From the NCBI GenBank assembly GCA_036229005.1, contig JAZAMN010000062.1, positions 1 to 64,000 on the forward strand: a DNA stretch of 64,000 bases. The letters run 5' to 3'. This DNA comes from Myxococcota bacterium. Lineage in GTDB: Bacteria > Myxococcota_A > UBA796 > CAJQPC01. This document shows, piece after piece, positions 39,171-50,845 of the stretch. The position numbers and the translations under genes were made by a program. Every line of letters begins with the position of its first letter. Position 1 is the first letter of the stretch. A model generated the notes under the pieces. It was not told the origin of the DNA. It was given only the letters and a program-made list of their open reading frames with translations, and searched no databases.

Positions 39171-41393
39171 ATGTGGTGGCTGGGAGCGCTGGCATTCGCC
39201 CAGGAAGCTGCTGTCGAATCCCCGGGGCTGGAGTCCCCTGTGGACCCCTGCGCGGAGGCGGCCTCAGCCTGCGAATCCGAGCGGCAGGCGCTGGAGCAGG
39301 AGCTCGCCGACATGCAGGAGCGCCTGAGCACCCAGGGGGCGGAGGGGCAGGCGCTGCTTGGCGCGGTCGCGCGCGCCCTCGACCCCAGCGTGGGGACCGC
39401 GCAGGCGCTCGATGCTCTGCGTCTTGTCGCGGCTTCCGGGGATCCGGCCGTGCCCTCGGTGCTCCGGGCGGCCGCCTGGTCACGCAGCGCAGCCCTCCGT
39501 GCCGAGGCGCTGGCGCTGGCCTTCGGGGTCTCTCCGGAGCTGGGCTTGGCCCTGTCCCAGGAGGTCGTGCGCAGCGACCGGCTGGCTGGCCCTGAGCGCA
39601 TGCAGGGCCTCGCGGCGCTGGAGCAGGCGGGGCAGCCCGCAGCGGGGCTGGCGCTGATCGCCCTCTCCAGGGAGTCTGAGCTCCCCAGGCCCCTGCGGGC
39701 CGAGGCCGGAGACGCAGCCCTGCGGGCCTACCCGGAGCTGGTCGCCGCCGAAGATGAGGGCGTCGGCAGCAGCGATCCCATCGGGGTCGGGCTGCTCACC
39801 GGCGCCGGAGCGCTCACCGGCGGCGTGATGCTGTCCTCCATCGGGGTGTGGGGACAGTCCGACGCGGCCACGGCGATCGGTGCGATCGGCGGCACCGCGA
39901 TCGGCGGCGCGTCTGCGCTGACCTATGGGCTGACCCAGCCGGTCACGCTGGGGCAGGGGGCGCGGGTGGCCTCCAACGTGAGCTGGGGCGTCACCGGCGC
40001 TGCGCTCACCAACGACTGGCTGATCGACGGCTTCGGTGAGACCCAGGACAACCAGCGCGCGCTGATCCGGGTGGTCGGTGTTGGGGCGGGCGCCGGGCTC
40101 GGTGTCTGGCGCATGCAGCACAACCCCACGGCGGCGGACGCCTTGGAGATGAACGTCGCGGGGCTGGCGGGCATGGGGATCGGCACGTCTGTCTACAGCC
40201 TGGCCATCCACAAGACCGTGATGGACTGCTACAACGCCGAGGTCTGCGACTACGACGCGATGGACGAGCTCAATCGGGGGCACGCTGGCGCGGCCCTTGG
40301 CGGCGCGGCGCTGGCGATCGGCGCCCAGACCCTGATGCGCGACCGCTTTCAGCCCACCCTGACGGACTACGCACTGAGCGCGGTGATCACCGGGCAGGCC
40401 GCCGCCAGCACGGCCATGCTGCACGACAGCGTGGCCTGGAGCGAGGACCGTGGCGGCGAGCGGCCTCGCTTCGGGACGGGGGACCTCGCGCTGCTGGCGG
40501 CCTCGGCGGGCTACGGCGCGACCTGGGTGCTCTCCGACATCTTCGAGCCCACCCCCGAGCAGGTGGCCCTGGGCACCTGGACCGCGCTGCTGGGCGATGG
40601 CCTGGGCGCCGGTGTGCCCCTGCTGCTCAAGGCGGACGGGGCGCAGGTGGAGCAGGGGGCTGCGCTGCTGGGGGCGGCCGGGCTCGCGGCTGGCGTCGGG
40701 CTGCACAACCAGCTTGATCTCTCCCGCGGGGACGTCGCGCTCCAGGCGGTGTTCGTGCCCATCGCGCTGGCCGAGGGCATCGCCCTGGGCAACTACCTGG
40801 ACTACGCCAACGCGGACTGGGACAACGACCAGGCGCCAGGCCTGATGCTGACGGCGGCCTCTGCGGTGGGCATCGCCGGGTTGGCCAGCAGCCCCTTCAT
40901 CGACCCCCAGGCCGACGACATGGCCTTCCTGGGCGCGAGCGCGGTCTGGGGCGCCTGGTACGGCACTCTGCTGCCGGTCTCCTTCTCGCCCGATGGGGAC
41001 GCCCGCGAGCTGCTCCTGACCGGCTCCATTGGAACGGACGTTGGCGTCGCGGCCGGGCTGGGCTTGATCTACGGGGTGGGCCTGGAGCCCCGCCGCACGG
41101 TGCTGCCCCAGCTCATGGGCGTCGCCGGCGCCACGATGGGCTCTCTCGGCGTCGCGCTGGGCACGCAGGATGGCCAAGCCATCGCCGCGGGCTCGGTGAT
41201 CGGCAGCACGGTGGGCCTGGGCGTCGGCTCCCTGATCGAGGTCAACCGGGAGAACAAGCCCCAGCCCGTCAGCCTGATGCTGCATCGGCCGCGCCTGGAC
41301 CTGCCCGGGCACTGGAGCGTCGCCGCGATGCCCACCGCGATGCCCGATGGGGCGCTGGGTGGGTACGTCGGCGTCAGCGCGATGGGGTTCTGA
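39171..41393 (+). CDS. Exported protein: coiled coil, HEAT-like repeats and long Gly/Ala-rich hydrophobic repeat region
   Basis: GGAGGT RBS, MWWLGALAFA, LRAEA repeats, numerous GxxxG helices, ends VSAMGF. Confidence 0.78.
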   Translation: MWWLGALAFAQEAAVESPGLESPVDPCAEAASACESERQALEQELADMQERLSTQGAEGQALLGAVARALDPSVGTAQALDALRLVAASGDPAVPSVLRAAAWSRSAALRAEALALAFGVSPELGLALSQEVVRSDRLAGPERMQGLAALEQAGQPAAGLALIALSRESELPRPLRAEAGDAALRAYPELVAAEDEGVGSSDPIGVGLLTGAGALTGGVMLSSIGVWGQSDAATAIGAIGGTAIGGASALTYGLTQPVTLGQGARVASNVSWGVTGAALTNDWLIDGFGETQDNQRALIRVVGVGAGAGLGVWRMQHNPTAADALEMNVAGLAGMGIGTSVYSLAIHKTVMDCYNAEVCDYDAMDELNRGHAGAALGGAALAIGAQTLMRDRFQPTLTDYALSAVITGQAAASTAMLHDSVAWSEDRGGERPRFGTGDLALLAASAGYGATWVLSDIFEPTPEQVALGTWTALLGDGLGAGVPLLLKADGAQVEQGAALLGAAGLAAGVGLHNQLDLSRGDVALQAVFVPIALAEGIALGNYLDYANADWDNDQAPGLMLTAASAVGIAGLASSPFIDPQADDMAFLGASAVWGAWYGTLLPVSFSPDGDARELLLTGSIGTDVGVAAGLGLIYGVGLEPRRTVLPQLMGVAGATMGSLGVALGTQDGQAIAAGSVIGSTVGLGVGSLIEVNRENKPQPVSLMLHRPRLDLPGHWSVAAMPTAMPDGALGGYVGVSAMGF

Positions 41394-41414
41394 GCCCGGG
41401 TGACCTCGCTTGGG

Positions 41415-43832
41415 CTACTCCCGCACAAGGACGCGCGAGGACATTGCGGGCAGGGAGATGGAGATGCGATCTCCGGAGGCCACGAAGCGCTCTCCCGACA
41501 AGAGATCCACGTAGCTGGCCTCGGGGTCGAGGTTGGCGAAGGAGAGGGAGTTGTCCAGGGTCCGGTCGGCCCAACTCCGGTTGATCATGGCCAGCACCTG
41601 ATCTTCGTCATGGACCCGGGCCCAGGCTAGGACATCGGCCTCCTCCCACCAGATGGTGCGCTCACCGATGGCCATCGCGGGGTGCTCCCGGCGGGCCTGA
41701 CCCAAGGCGGCCACGTGGTCGTGGACCTGCTGCTCCCGCCAGCTCCACTGTGACTCCCAGCGCATCATCTGGCGGTTGTCGGGGTCGTGGTAGCCGGGGA
41801 GGCCGATCTCGTCGCCGTAGTAGACCAGCGGCAGGCCCTCGTGGGTGAGCAGCCAGGTCCAGGCGAGCTGGAGGCGCAGGTAGGGCTCGTCCCAGTCGGG
41901 GCTGTCGTCGGGCCCGCGGATGTTGCTGCCGTCGGGGCAGGCGCCGTCGCCGTAGAGGCTCCAGACCTCGCCGGCGCTGTGGGCGATGAAGCGCTCCACG
42001 TCGTGGTTGCCCAGGAAGGTGGACATCAGGAAGCCGTCGTAGGCCGCCTCGCTGTCCTCGAAGGTGCGCTCCAGGTCCTGCAGGGTGCTCTCGTTGCGGC
42101 CGATGGCCGAGAGGATGGACCAGTAGAGGGTGAAGTCGAACTGGGCGTCCAGCTCGTCTTCGTTCACGTAGGCCTTGATGAGCCCCCGGTCGCCGGAGAA
42201 GGTCTCGCCGACGGTGTAGAAGTCCTCGTCACCGCCCGCGTGCACGTGCTCGATCTCGGCGTGGACGCGGTGCTGGAAGTTGTAGAAGAGGCTGTGGGGC
42301 ATGTGCTTGACTGCGTCCACGCGGTAGCCGTCCAGCTCGTACTCCTTGACCCACCAGACCGCGTCGTCGACGGAGACCACCAGCGGCTCGGGGTCGTAGT
42401 ACTTGAAGTCCGGCAGGAAGCTGTCGAACCAGCAGGTCTCGGGGTCGGTGTTCCACACGTCGCCGGCGCACACCAGCAGCTCGTTGAACCACTCGGGGTG
42501 CTCCTGGTAGTAGGGGTGGTCCTCGTGGACGTGGTTGCCGACCCAGTCGGTGAGCACGCGCATGTCCCGGGCGTGGGCCTGGTCGATCAGCTTCCGCAGC
42601 AGGTCGTCGTCACCGAAGTGGTCTTCGGGCATGAAGGGGTCGGCCGGCCAGTAGCCGTGGTAGCCCGAGTAGTTCTCCCCGCAGGAGGAGCCCCACGCGC
42701 CCTGGGGGTTGTCCTGGGGCGCGGTGAGCCAGATCACGGTGACGCCCAGCTCCTCCAGGTAGTCCAGCTTGTCGATGACCCCCTGCCAGTCGCCGCCCAG
42801 GTAGTCGGTGAGCGCGTGGGAGGTGCCCTCGTCGAAGTCCAGTCCGGTGTCGCCGTTGTGGAAGCGGTCGACGAACACGTAGTACATCAGCCCGGTCTCC
42901 CAGGCGACGTCGTCGGTCCAGAAGGGGACATAGAGCTGCTCGGCCTGCCCGCCTGCGTCGTCGTAGACGTCGATGCGCAGGGTCTGGCGCCCGTCCCCCA
43001 GGCCGTCCAGATCCAGGGCCTTGAGCTCCCCGTCGTAGACGGTCTGGTCGTTCAGCGTGGCGACCATCCGGGAGAGGCTGGAGGCGGCGGGGCCGGGGGT
43101 GCCGGCGATCTCCACGCGCACGGAGTTGTCGTCCCGGTCGATGTCCAGGGACTCCACCCAGGCCTGCGGCGGCCCGCACTCCGGCACGATGACCATGGAG
43201 TTGCAGCTCTCCTGGCCCAGGGTGCAGGAGGGGTTCCAGGAGTAGCCCTCGTCGCACTGCTGGGCGCTGGCGTTGGGGTCGCAGGTCCACTGCTCGCTGT
43301 CGCCGATCTCGACGAACTTGTAGGGGTGGTTGCCCGCAGGCAGGGCCAGGGAGATGGCGTAGCTGCCGTCGGACTGGCGCTCCATCACGTTCGCGGTGCG
43401 GTCCCAGTCGTTGAAGCTGCCGGCCAGCGCGACCGACTGCGGGTTGCCCTGGGGGGTGTAGGTGAACGTGGTCTCACAGTCGCTGGGGACCGTCTGCGCG
43501 CCGAAGATGACCTCGACCTCGGCCTGGGCCAGATCCACACATTCGTCGTCGGGGTCGGCCTCCGCGGCGGTGAGCGACAGAGTGGAGCTGCCCTCCCAGC
43601 CGCTGTCCGGGACCAGCCGGAGGGTGTCTCCCGAGATGTCCGCGACGAAGCCCTGGCCGGCGGAGACCTCCCAGTAGAGCGCGCTGGCGTCGTGGCTCTC
43701 GACCCAGGTGGACAGGTCGATCTCGATGATCTCGTCCACCTCTCCCTCCACGGACTCGGGAGGGTTCAGGGAGGGAGCGAGGGCGAGTCCGCGACAACAG
43801 GCGCAGCCCAACAACAGAAAGCTCAGGACCAC
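41415..43832 (-). CDS. GH13 alpha-amylase-family lipoprotein with CBM48-like domain
   Basis: VALAGSFNDW...YKF (CBM48-like), VDRFHNGD, GGDWQG, YHGYWP, DWVGNH, DGYRVDAVKH, VGETF, FLGNHD, YYGDEIG. GTG 43832 after GGAGGT. Confidence 0.93.
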   Translation of the reverse strand: MVLSFLLLGCACCRGLALAPSLNPPESVEGEVDEIIEIDLSTWVESHDASALYWEVSAGQGFVADISGDTLRLVPDSGWEGSSTLSLTAAEADPDDECVDLAQAEVEVIFGAQTVPSDCETTFTYTPQGNPQSVALAGSFNDWDRTANVMERQSDGSYAISLALPAGNHPYKFVEIGDSEQWTCDPNASAQQCDEGYSWNPSCTLGQESCNSMVIVPECGPPQAWVESLDIDRDDNSVRVEIAGTPGPAASSLSRMVATLNDQTVYDGELKALDLDGLGDGRQTLRIDVYDDAGGQAEQLYVPFWTDDVAWETGLMYYVFVDRFHNGDTGLDFDEGTSHALTDYLGGDWQGVIDKLDYLEELGVTVIWLTAPQDNPQGAWGSSCGENYSGYHGYWPADPFMPEDHFGDDDLLRKLIDQAHARDMRVLTDWVGNHVHEDHPYYQEHPEWFNELLVCAGDVWNTDPETCWFDSFLPDFKYYDPEPLVVSVDDAVWWVKEYELDGYRVDAVKHMPHSLFYNFQHRVHAEIEHVHAGGDEDFYTVGETFSGDRGLIKAYVNEDELDAQFDFTLYWSILSAIGRNESTLQDLERTFEDSEAAYDGFLMSTFLGNHDVERFIAHSAGEVWSLYGDGACPDGSNIRGPDDSPDWDEPYLRLQLAWTWLLTHEGLPLVYYGDEIGLPGYHDPDNRQMMRWESQWSWREQQVHDHVAALGQARREHPAMAIGERTIWWEEADVLAWARVHDEDQVLAMINRSWADRTLDNSLSFANLDPEASYVDLLSGERFVASGDRISISLPAMSSRVLVRE

Positions 43833-43962
43833 AGCACACCTCCGGAGACACCTTGGACCGGCGAGGTCACCATTTTGCACACCAGCGGGCGGATCCGTGC
43901 TCTGGACCCTTCCTTGGCAACTCGGCACTGGCCGCGGGGGGCGGCGCGCATATGCTCTTCCC

Positions 43963-44331
43963 ATGAACGCTCGCACTCTGCGCATTGGCGCGATCCTCAT
44001 GGCCCTGGCCGTCGCGGCGGGGGCCTTCGGGGCGCACGGCCTGGAAGACATGGTCACCCCCGAGCGGCTGCAGACCTGGAACACGGGGGCCCGCTACATG
44101 GTGATGCACAGCCTCGCGCTCTGCGGCATCGCGCTGCTGCCTCGGACCCCCCGGGCCGTCGGTGCGCTCTTCCTGGCGGGGATCCTGCTGTTCTCCGGCA
44201 GCCTCTTTGCGCTGGTGCTGCTGGACATGGGGGTGCTCGGGGCCATCACGCCGCTGGGCGGTCTGGCCTTCATCAGCGGCTGGATTGCCCTGGCCGTCCA
44301 GGCACCGAAACTCATCGAAACCCGGCAATAG
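43963..44331 (+). CDS. DUF423 (YgdD/TMEM256-like) membrane protein
   Basis: AVAAGAFGAHGL, TGARY, GILLFSGSL, GAITPLGG...GW. Confidence 0.92.
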   Translation: MNARTLRIGAILMALAVAAGAFGAHGLEDMVTPERLQTWNTGARYMVMHSLALCGIALLPRTPRAVGALFLAGILLFSGSLFALVLLDMGVLGAITPLGGLAFISGWIALAVQAPKLIETRQ

Positions 44332-44438
44332 CCGCAGGCATTCCCCGTAGAATTCTCGGGTGGTTCTCCCCGCCAAGGCGCCGAAATCGGTAGGCTTGGC
44401 GGAGCCCGACCGGTCCACCTCCAGCTCACAACCAGGAC

Positions 44439-45221
44439 GTGATGCTCCCCGCTTATCTCGCAGCTTTCGCCTTCGGTGTCGTGCTCATCGGCGCCTCTGT
44501 CTTTCTCGGTGGCAAGGAGATCGACGGGGACGGGGACGCGGAGTTCGACAAGGACATCGAGTTCGACAAGGACATCGACCTGGACGGGGAGCTCGATGCC
44601 GAGCTCGATGGGGATCTGGACGCCGAGCTCGATGGCGATCTGGACGGCGATCTGGACGCGGAGGCCGAGCTGGACGCCGAGGCCGATGTCGGCAAGGACC
44701 TCGACTTCGCCAACGCGGGCGACGCCGCCAACCTGCTGATCTTCAACCCGCTGCTCTCGCTGCGCTTCTGGACCTACTTCCTGGGCAGCTTCGGCGGGAT
44801 CGGGGCGGTGCTCTACCTGATGGGGCTGGACACCGTGGTCCACCTGCCGGCCGCCTCCGTGATGGGGTTGGGCATCGGCTACGGCGCCGCGGCGGCCTTC
44901 AACTTCCTCAAGCAGCGCACGGTCGTCACGGAGACCAGCAGCAGCTCGGTGGTGGGCGACGAGGCCGAGGTCGTGCTCAGCATCGGCCCGGACAAGGCCG
45001 GCAAGGTGCGCCTGCAGCTTGGCGGCAGCGTCGCGGAGTTCAAGGCCCTGTCCCAGGACACCCTGGAGCGGGGCGAGCGGGCGCTGGTGGTGGCCATCGA
45101 CGGCCACACCGCCCAGGTGATTCGGATGCCTCGGCTGGAAGACCTCAGCGACGCGGAGGCCGCAAAGGTGCGGCGTCGCGCGGCGATGCAGGCCCGCAGC
45201 CGACAGAAGGGGGCGCAGTGA
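44439..45221 (+). CDS. NfeD-like/YqiJ-YuaF-type flotillin partner with long acidic repeat
   Basis: TM, D/E repeat, SLRFWTYFL..FG, two TMs, OB-fold (VVG.EAEV..I.P...GKV). Upstream of flotillins. Confidence 0.85.
   Translation: MMLPAYLAAFAFGVVLIGASVFLGGKEIDGDGDAEFDKDIEFDKDIDLDGELDAELDGDLDAELDGDLDGDLDAEAELDAEADVGKDLDFANAGDAANLLIFNPLLSLRFWTYFLGSFGGIGAVLYLMGLDTVVHLPAASVMGLGIGYGAAAAFNFLKQRTVVTETSSSSVVGDEAEVVLSIGPDKAGKVRLQLGGSVAEFKALSQDTLERGERALVVAIDGHTAQVIRMPRLEDLSDAEAAKVRRRAAMQARSRQKGAQ
44522..44705 (+). repeat. Acidic coding repeat, (ELDG/DLDA)n-like
   Basis: Exact 18-nt tandem duplication GAGTTCGACAAGGACATC x2 (44541-44576), then 12-nt periodic units. Confidence 0.8.
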
Positions 45222-45267
45222 TTCAGCTTTCAACACAGCAAAGGAGCGACATGACAGGAGGTGTTCC

Positions 45268-46568
<1,301 letters not shown>

Positions 46569-46572
<4 letters not shown>

Positions 46573-47813
46573 TGGAAGAGCTCCTCTCAGCCCTGGTCGT
46601 CGGCGGGTTCTTCCTGGGCTTCTCCAGCCTCGCCGTCTACATCACCATCAAGAAGCTGCTCTACATCGCCGGCCCCAACGAGGTCCTGGTGTTCTCGGGC
46701 ACGCCCTGGATCGCAGGAGACCCCAACAACCAGGGGTACACCCTGCTCAAGGGCGGCCGCCGCATCAAGAAGCCCATCATCGAGTCGGTGTCCCGCATGG
46801 ACCTGACCAACATGACGGTGGATGTCGCGGTGACCAACGCCTACTCCAAGGGCGGCATCCCCCTCATCGTGCAGGGCGTGGCCAACCTCAAGGTGGCCGG
46901 TCACGAGCCCATCCTGGGCAACGCGCTGCAGCGCTTCCTGGACCGCCCGCGGGAGGAGATCATCCGGGTGGCCAAGGACACCCTGGAGGGCAACCTGCGC
47001 GGCGTGCTCTCGCAGCTCACCCCCGAAGAGGTGAACGAGGACAAGATCGCGTTCGCCGAGAAGCTTCTGGAGGAGGCCGAGGAGGACCTGGCCTCCCTGG
47101 GGCTGGTGCTGGACACCCTCAAGGTGCAGAACGTCTCGGACGAGGTCGGCTACCTGGACTCCATCGGCCGCAAGACCTCGGCGGAGCTGCTGCGCAGCGC
47201 AAAGATCGCGGAGGCAGACGCCAAGGCGGAGGCCATGATCAAGGACGCCGAGGCCCGCGAGCGCGCCCGGGTCACCGAGGCCGAGGCCGAGGTGGAGATC
47301 GCCCGCGCTGAGACCGCCCGCATGATCCGTGACGCCCAGACGCGCAAGGCCGCCCTGGTCGCCAAGGAGGTCGGTGAGGTCGAGGCCCTGGTCGCGCGCG
47401 CCACCTCCGAGCTCAAGGTGCAGGAGGCCCGCGTCGAGCAGGTCCGCCGCCGCCTGGAGGCCGATGTGGTCGCCCCCGCCCACGCGGACATGGAGGCCAA
47501 GCGCGCCGACGCCAAGGCCCGCGCCGCCAAGGTCATCGAGGACGGCAAGGCCACCGCGATGGTCCTGGAGGAGATGATCACCACCTGGAAGCAGGGCGGC
47601 GACTCGGCCCGGGACATCTTCCTGATGCAGAAGCTCGAGAAGGTCATGGGCTCGCTGGTCGGCACCATCCAGGAGGTCCATGTGGACCGGATGACGGTGC
47701 TGCCCAAGGGCAAGGCCGACACCACCGCCACCAAGGCCGTGACCCTCAGCGAGGAGATCAAGGCCGCGGTCGGGGTCGACGTGCCCAAGCTCCTGAACAA
47801 GCTCACCGAGTAG
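46569..47813 (+). CDS. Flotillin/SPFH family protein (second paralog)
   Basis: PNEVLVFSG, NAYSKGGIPL, TLEGNLRGVLSQLTPEEVNEDK, YLDSIGRK, EA-rich coiled coil. Confidence 0.93.
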
Positions 47814-47919
47814 TTTCAGGGGTCTGGCGTCCTCACCACGCCGCACCTCGCTTGCGCCAAGCAGCCCCAGGCAGTGTCCTGGGGTTGCCAGCTCTGGGCG
47901 ATGGGGGCATGGTGCCCGG

Positions 47920-48783
47920 ATGAATCTGAGCTCCCTTCTTCTCCTGCTGGCCTGTCAGAACGACAGCGTCGGCGACGACAGCGCCTCCTCCACGGTCGAT
48001 CTGGACGGCGACGGCTACATCGAGGACGACTGCGGTCCCAACGACGCAGGCACCTTTCCGGGGGCCCCTGAGCTCTGCGACGGGGTGGACAACGACTGCG
48101 ACGGGGCGCTCGCCTGGGGTGAAGGCGACGAGAACAGCGACGGCGCCTTGGACTGCCTGTCCTGCGAGGCCGCCGGCTACTGGAGCGCGCTTGCTGCCAG
48201 CGACGACCCCGTCGGGACCGCGCCCAGCCTGCTGGAGGGCGACGCCTGCGCCAGCGGTGAGTACAGCACCGTGACCACCTGGATGTTCGAGCGCCTGGAC
48301 GCCGTGGACGACCAGGTCGAGTGCGTCTACACCGGGCGGGTCGTGGACGTATCGGACGGCAAGCCCGACGGCAGCGACATGAACACCGAGCACGCCTGGC
48401 CCCAGAGTCAGGGAGCGAGCGAGTACCCGGCCCGCTGCGACCTGAACCACCTCTTCCCATCGGATGCCTACGCCAACGGCCGGCGGGGGAACCTGCCCTT
48501 CGGCGAGGTCAGCTCGGTGGACTGGGAGCAGGGCGGCTCCAAGCTGGGGACCGACAGCTCCGGCACCGACGTGTTCGAGCCGCGGGACGTCTCCAAGGGC
48601 GACATCGCGCGGGCCATGCTCTACGTGAACGCCCGCTACGACGCGGATCTGTGGGGCCAGCAGGCGCTGCTCGAGTCCTGGTCCCAGGCCGACCCGCCCT
48701 CGGCAGACGAGATCGCGCGCAGCTTGGCAATCGGCGACTACCAGGCCCAGGCCAACCCCTGGGTGGTCTGCCCCATCTGGTAG
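47920..48783 (+). CDS. Endonuclease I-family lipoprotein with MopE-like metal-binding motif
   Basis: LLLLLAC; DLDGDGY...PGAPELCDGVDNDCDG; CVYTG, NTEHAWPQS, DLNHLFPSD..NG.RGNLPFG, KGDIARAMLY, QANPW. Confidence 0.9.
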   Translation: MNLSSLLLLLACQNDSVGDDSASSTVDLDGDGYIEDDCGPNDAGTFPGAPELCDGVDNDCDGALAWGEGDENSDGALDCLSCEAAGYWSALAASDDPVGTAPSLLEGDACASGEYSTVTTWMFERLDAVDDQVECVYTGRVVDVSDGKPDGSDMNTEHAWPQSQGASEYPARCDLNHLFPSDAYANGRRGNLPFGEVSSVDWEQGGSKLGTDSSGTDVFEPRDVSKGDIARAMLYVNARYDADLWGQQALLESWSQADPPSADEIARSLAIGDYQAQANPWVVCPIW

Positions 48784-48806
48784 TTCCCTCGGGACCCGAG
48801 CCAGAC

Positions 48807-49733
48807 CTAGAGCGTGAGCTGACGGGCCTCCAGCCCCTGGGAGAGCTGCTCCCAGACCTTGCCCTTGTCGGGGCCGGCGATTCGGCAGGCCCTGCGGTCC
48901 ACCCAGGCGCGCAGGCTGTCCAGGTCTTCGATCGCGGCGGCGGAGAGGTCCAGGTTCAGCAGCGCGGGCAGGGTCTTCAGCACGCCGAGGTCCGTGAGCA
49001 GGCAGCGCTTGAGCGCCAGGTGCTGCAGCTCGGGCAGGCCCTGGAGGGGGCGCAGGTCGGCGGCGAGCACCATGTCGGAGATGCGCAGGGAGCGGAGGGC
49101 GCGGCAGTCGGCCAGGGCGTCGAGCTGGTGCAGGGCCTCGCAGTACTCCGCGGAGAGGGTGTGGACGCCGGGTCCCAGGCTGCCCAGGGAGCGCAGCCGC
49201 CGACACTCGGACAAATCCACGGTGCGCAGAGTGGGGGAGTCCAGTCCCCGCGCCGACTCCAGGCCGCTGCGGCGCAGGTTCAGCACCTCCAGGCTGGCGG
49301 GGATGCCGTCGGCGCTGCGCAGGGAGCGGGCCCCAGGGAGTGAGAGCTGGCGGAGGGCGGGGAGTTTGGAGATCCCCTCCAGGGACGCCAGCTTCACCGG
49401 CTGCCAGGCCACGAGCTCCTGCAGCGCGCTGAGGTGGGAGAAGGAGCGCAGGTCGGTGAGCAGCGCCGCGTCGTGATGATTCAGGTTCAGGCGGGTGGTC
49501 TGGGAGCGGAGGCGCTGGGCCTCTGCGGACTCGGTGGCACAACTCAGCCACCGCATGGCCATCCGCAAGCTCGCGTGATGCAAGGCGTCCGGCGAGGACA
49601 GGCTTCCGCCGGGCTGCGTGAGGCTTGGGCACCCCTGGAGCAGGTCGTCCACGGCCTGGGGGCCTTGGGCGCGGATTTCGGCGGCGGCGGCCTCGATCTG
49701 GGCCGGGTCCGAGCTGAGCAGGCGAGCGTCCAT
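48807..49733 (-). CDS. Leucine-rich repeat protein
   Basis: Multiple LxxLxL repeats (LRQLSL, LEVLNL, LRTVDLSEC, LRSLRI, LQHLAL, LLNLDLS). Confidence 0.85.
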   Translation of the reverse strand: MDARLLSSDPAQIEAAAAEIRAQGPQAVDDLLQGCPSLTQPGGSLSSPDALHHASLRMAMRWLSCATESAEAQRLRSQTTRLNLNHHDAALLTDLRSFSHLSALQELVAWQPVKLASLEGISKLPALRQLSLPGARSLRSADGIPASLEVLNLRRSGLESARGLDSPTLRTVDLSECRRLRSLGSLGPGVHTLSAEYCEALHQLDALADCRALRSLRISDMVLAADLRPLQGLPELQHLALKRCLLTDLGVLKTLPALLNLDLSAAAIEDLDSLRAWVDRRACRIAGPDKGKVWEQLSQGLEARQLTL

Positions 49734-49843
49734 GGGCCCAGTCTACGCCCTTCGGGGGCGCGACCAAAGCCCACCCGTGCCCGCGCAGTCCATCCCGGCT
49801 ACGTGTTCTCCAAATCTCCTCACTCCCTCAAAGGAGCCCTGAA

Positions 49844-50845
49844 ATGAAGCTCGGCACCCTCCGCTCCGGCGGCCGCGACGGCACGCTGGTCCTCGTCTCC
49901 CGCGACGGCAAGCGCATGACCTCCGCAGAGGGCATCGCGCCCACCCTGCAGCACGCCCTGGACAACTGGGAGACCCTCGCGCCCAAGCTCGAGGCCCGCT
50001 TCAACCAACTCGAGAGCGGCAGCATCGACGGTGAGCCCGTCAACCTGGCCGACTTCCACAGCCCCTTGCCCCGCGCCTACGAGTGGGTGGACGGCTCCGC
50101 CTACATCAACCACGTCGTGCTGGTGCGCAAGGCCCGCAACGCCGAGCCCCCCGCCACCCTCGAGACCGACCCCCTGGTCTACCAGGGCGGCTCCGGCGTG
50201 TTCCTGCCCCCCCACGGCGACATCCCCCTGGCTGACCCCGCCTGGGGCCTGGACTTCGAGTCCGAGGTCTGCGTGGTCCTGGGCGACACCCCCCAGGGCG
50301 TCAAGGCCAAGGACGCCGAGCCCTACGTCCGCCTGGTCATGATCTGCAACGACATCACTCTGCGCGGCCTGATCCCCAACGAGCTCAAGAAGGGCTTCGG
50401 CTTCTTCAACGGCAAGCCCGCCACCGCCTTCGCGCCCTTCGCCGTCACCCCCGACGAGCTGGGCCCCGCGTGGAAGAACGGCCGCATGCATCTCAACATG
50501 AAGACCGAGCTCAACGGCAAGATCGCGGGTGACCTGGCCAGCGGTCCGGAGATGCACTTCTCCTTCTTCGACCTCATCCAGCACATCGCCAAGACCCGCG
50601 CGTTCACCGCCGGCACCATCCTGGGCAGCGGCACCGTCTCCAACATGGACACCTCCAAGGGCAGCTCCTGCCTCTCCGAGAAGCGCATGCTGGAGATCAT
50701 CGCCGGCGGCGACGCCGACACCGCCTACCTGCGCCCCGGCGACAGCGTCCGCATCTCCGTGAGCGACGAGAGCGGCAACGAGGTCTTCGGTCACATCGCC
50801 CAGACCGTGGTCGAGGGCACCATGCCCGCCCCCGGTGCGCAGTGA
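49844..50845 (+). CDS. Fumarylacetoacetate hydrolase family protein
   Basis: MKLGTLR.GGRDG, SPLPRAYEWVDGSAY, DFESE, NDITLR, GTILGSGTVSN. Clustered with maiA and hmgA. Confidence 0.93.
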   Translation: MKLGTLRSGGRDGTLVLVSRDGKRMTSAEGIAPTLQHALDNWETLAPKLEARFNQLESGSIDGEPVNLADFHSPLPRAYEWVDGSAYINHVVLVRKARNAEPPATLETDPLVYQGGSGVFLPPHGDIPLADPAWGLDFESEVCVVLGDTPQGVKAKDAEPYVRLVMICNDITLRGLIPNELKKGFGFFNGKPATAFAPFAVTPDELGPAWKNGRMHLNMKTELNGKIAGDLASGPEMHFSFFDLIQHIAKTRAFTAGTILGSGTVSNMDTSKGSSCLSEKRMLEIIAGGDADTAYLRPGDSVRISVSDESGNEVFGHIAQTVVEGTMPAPGAQ

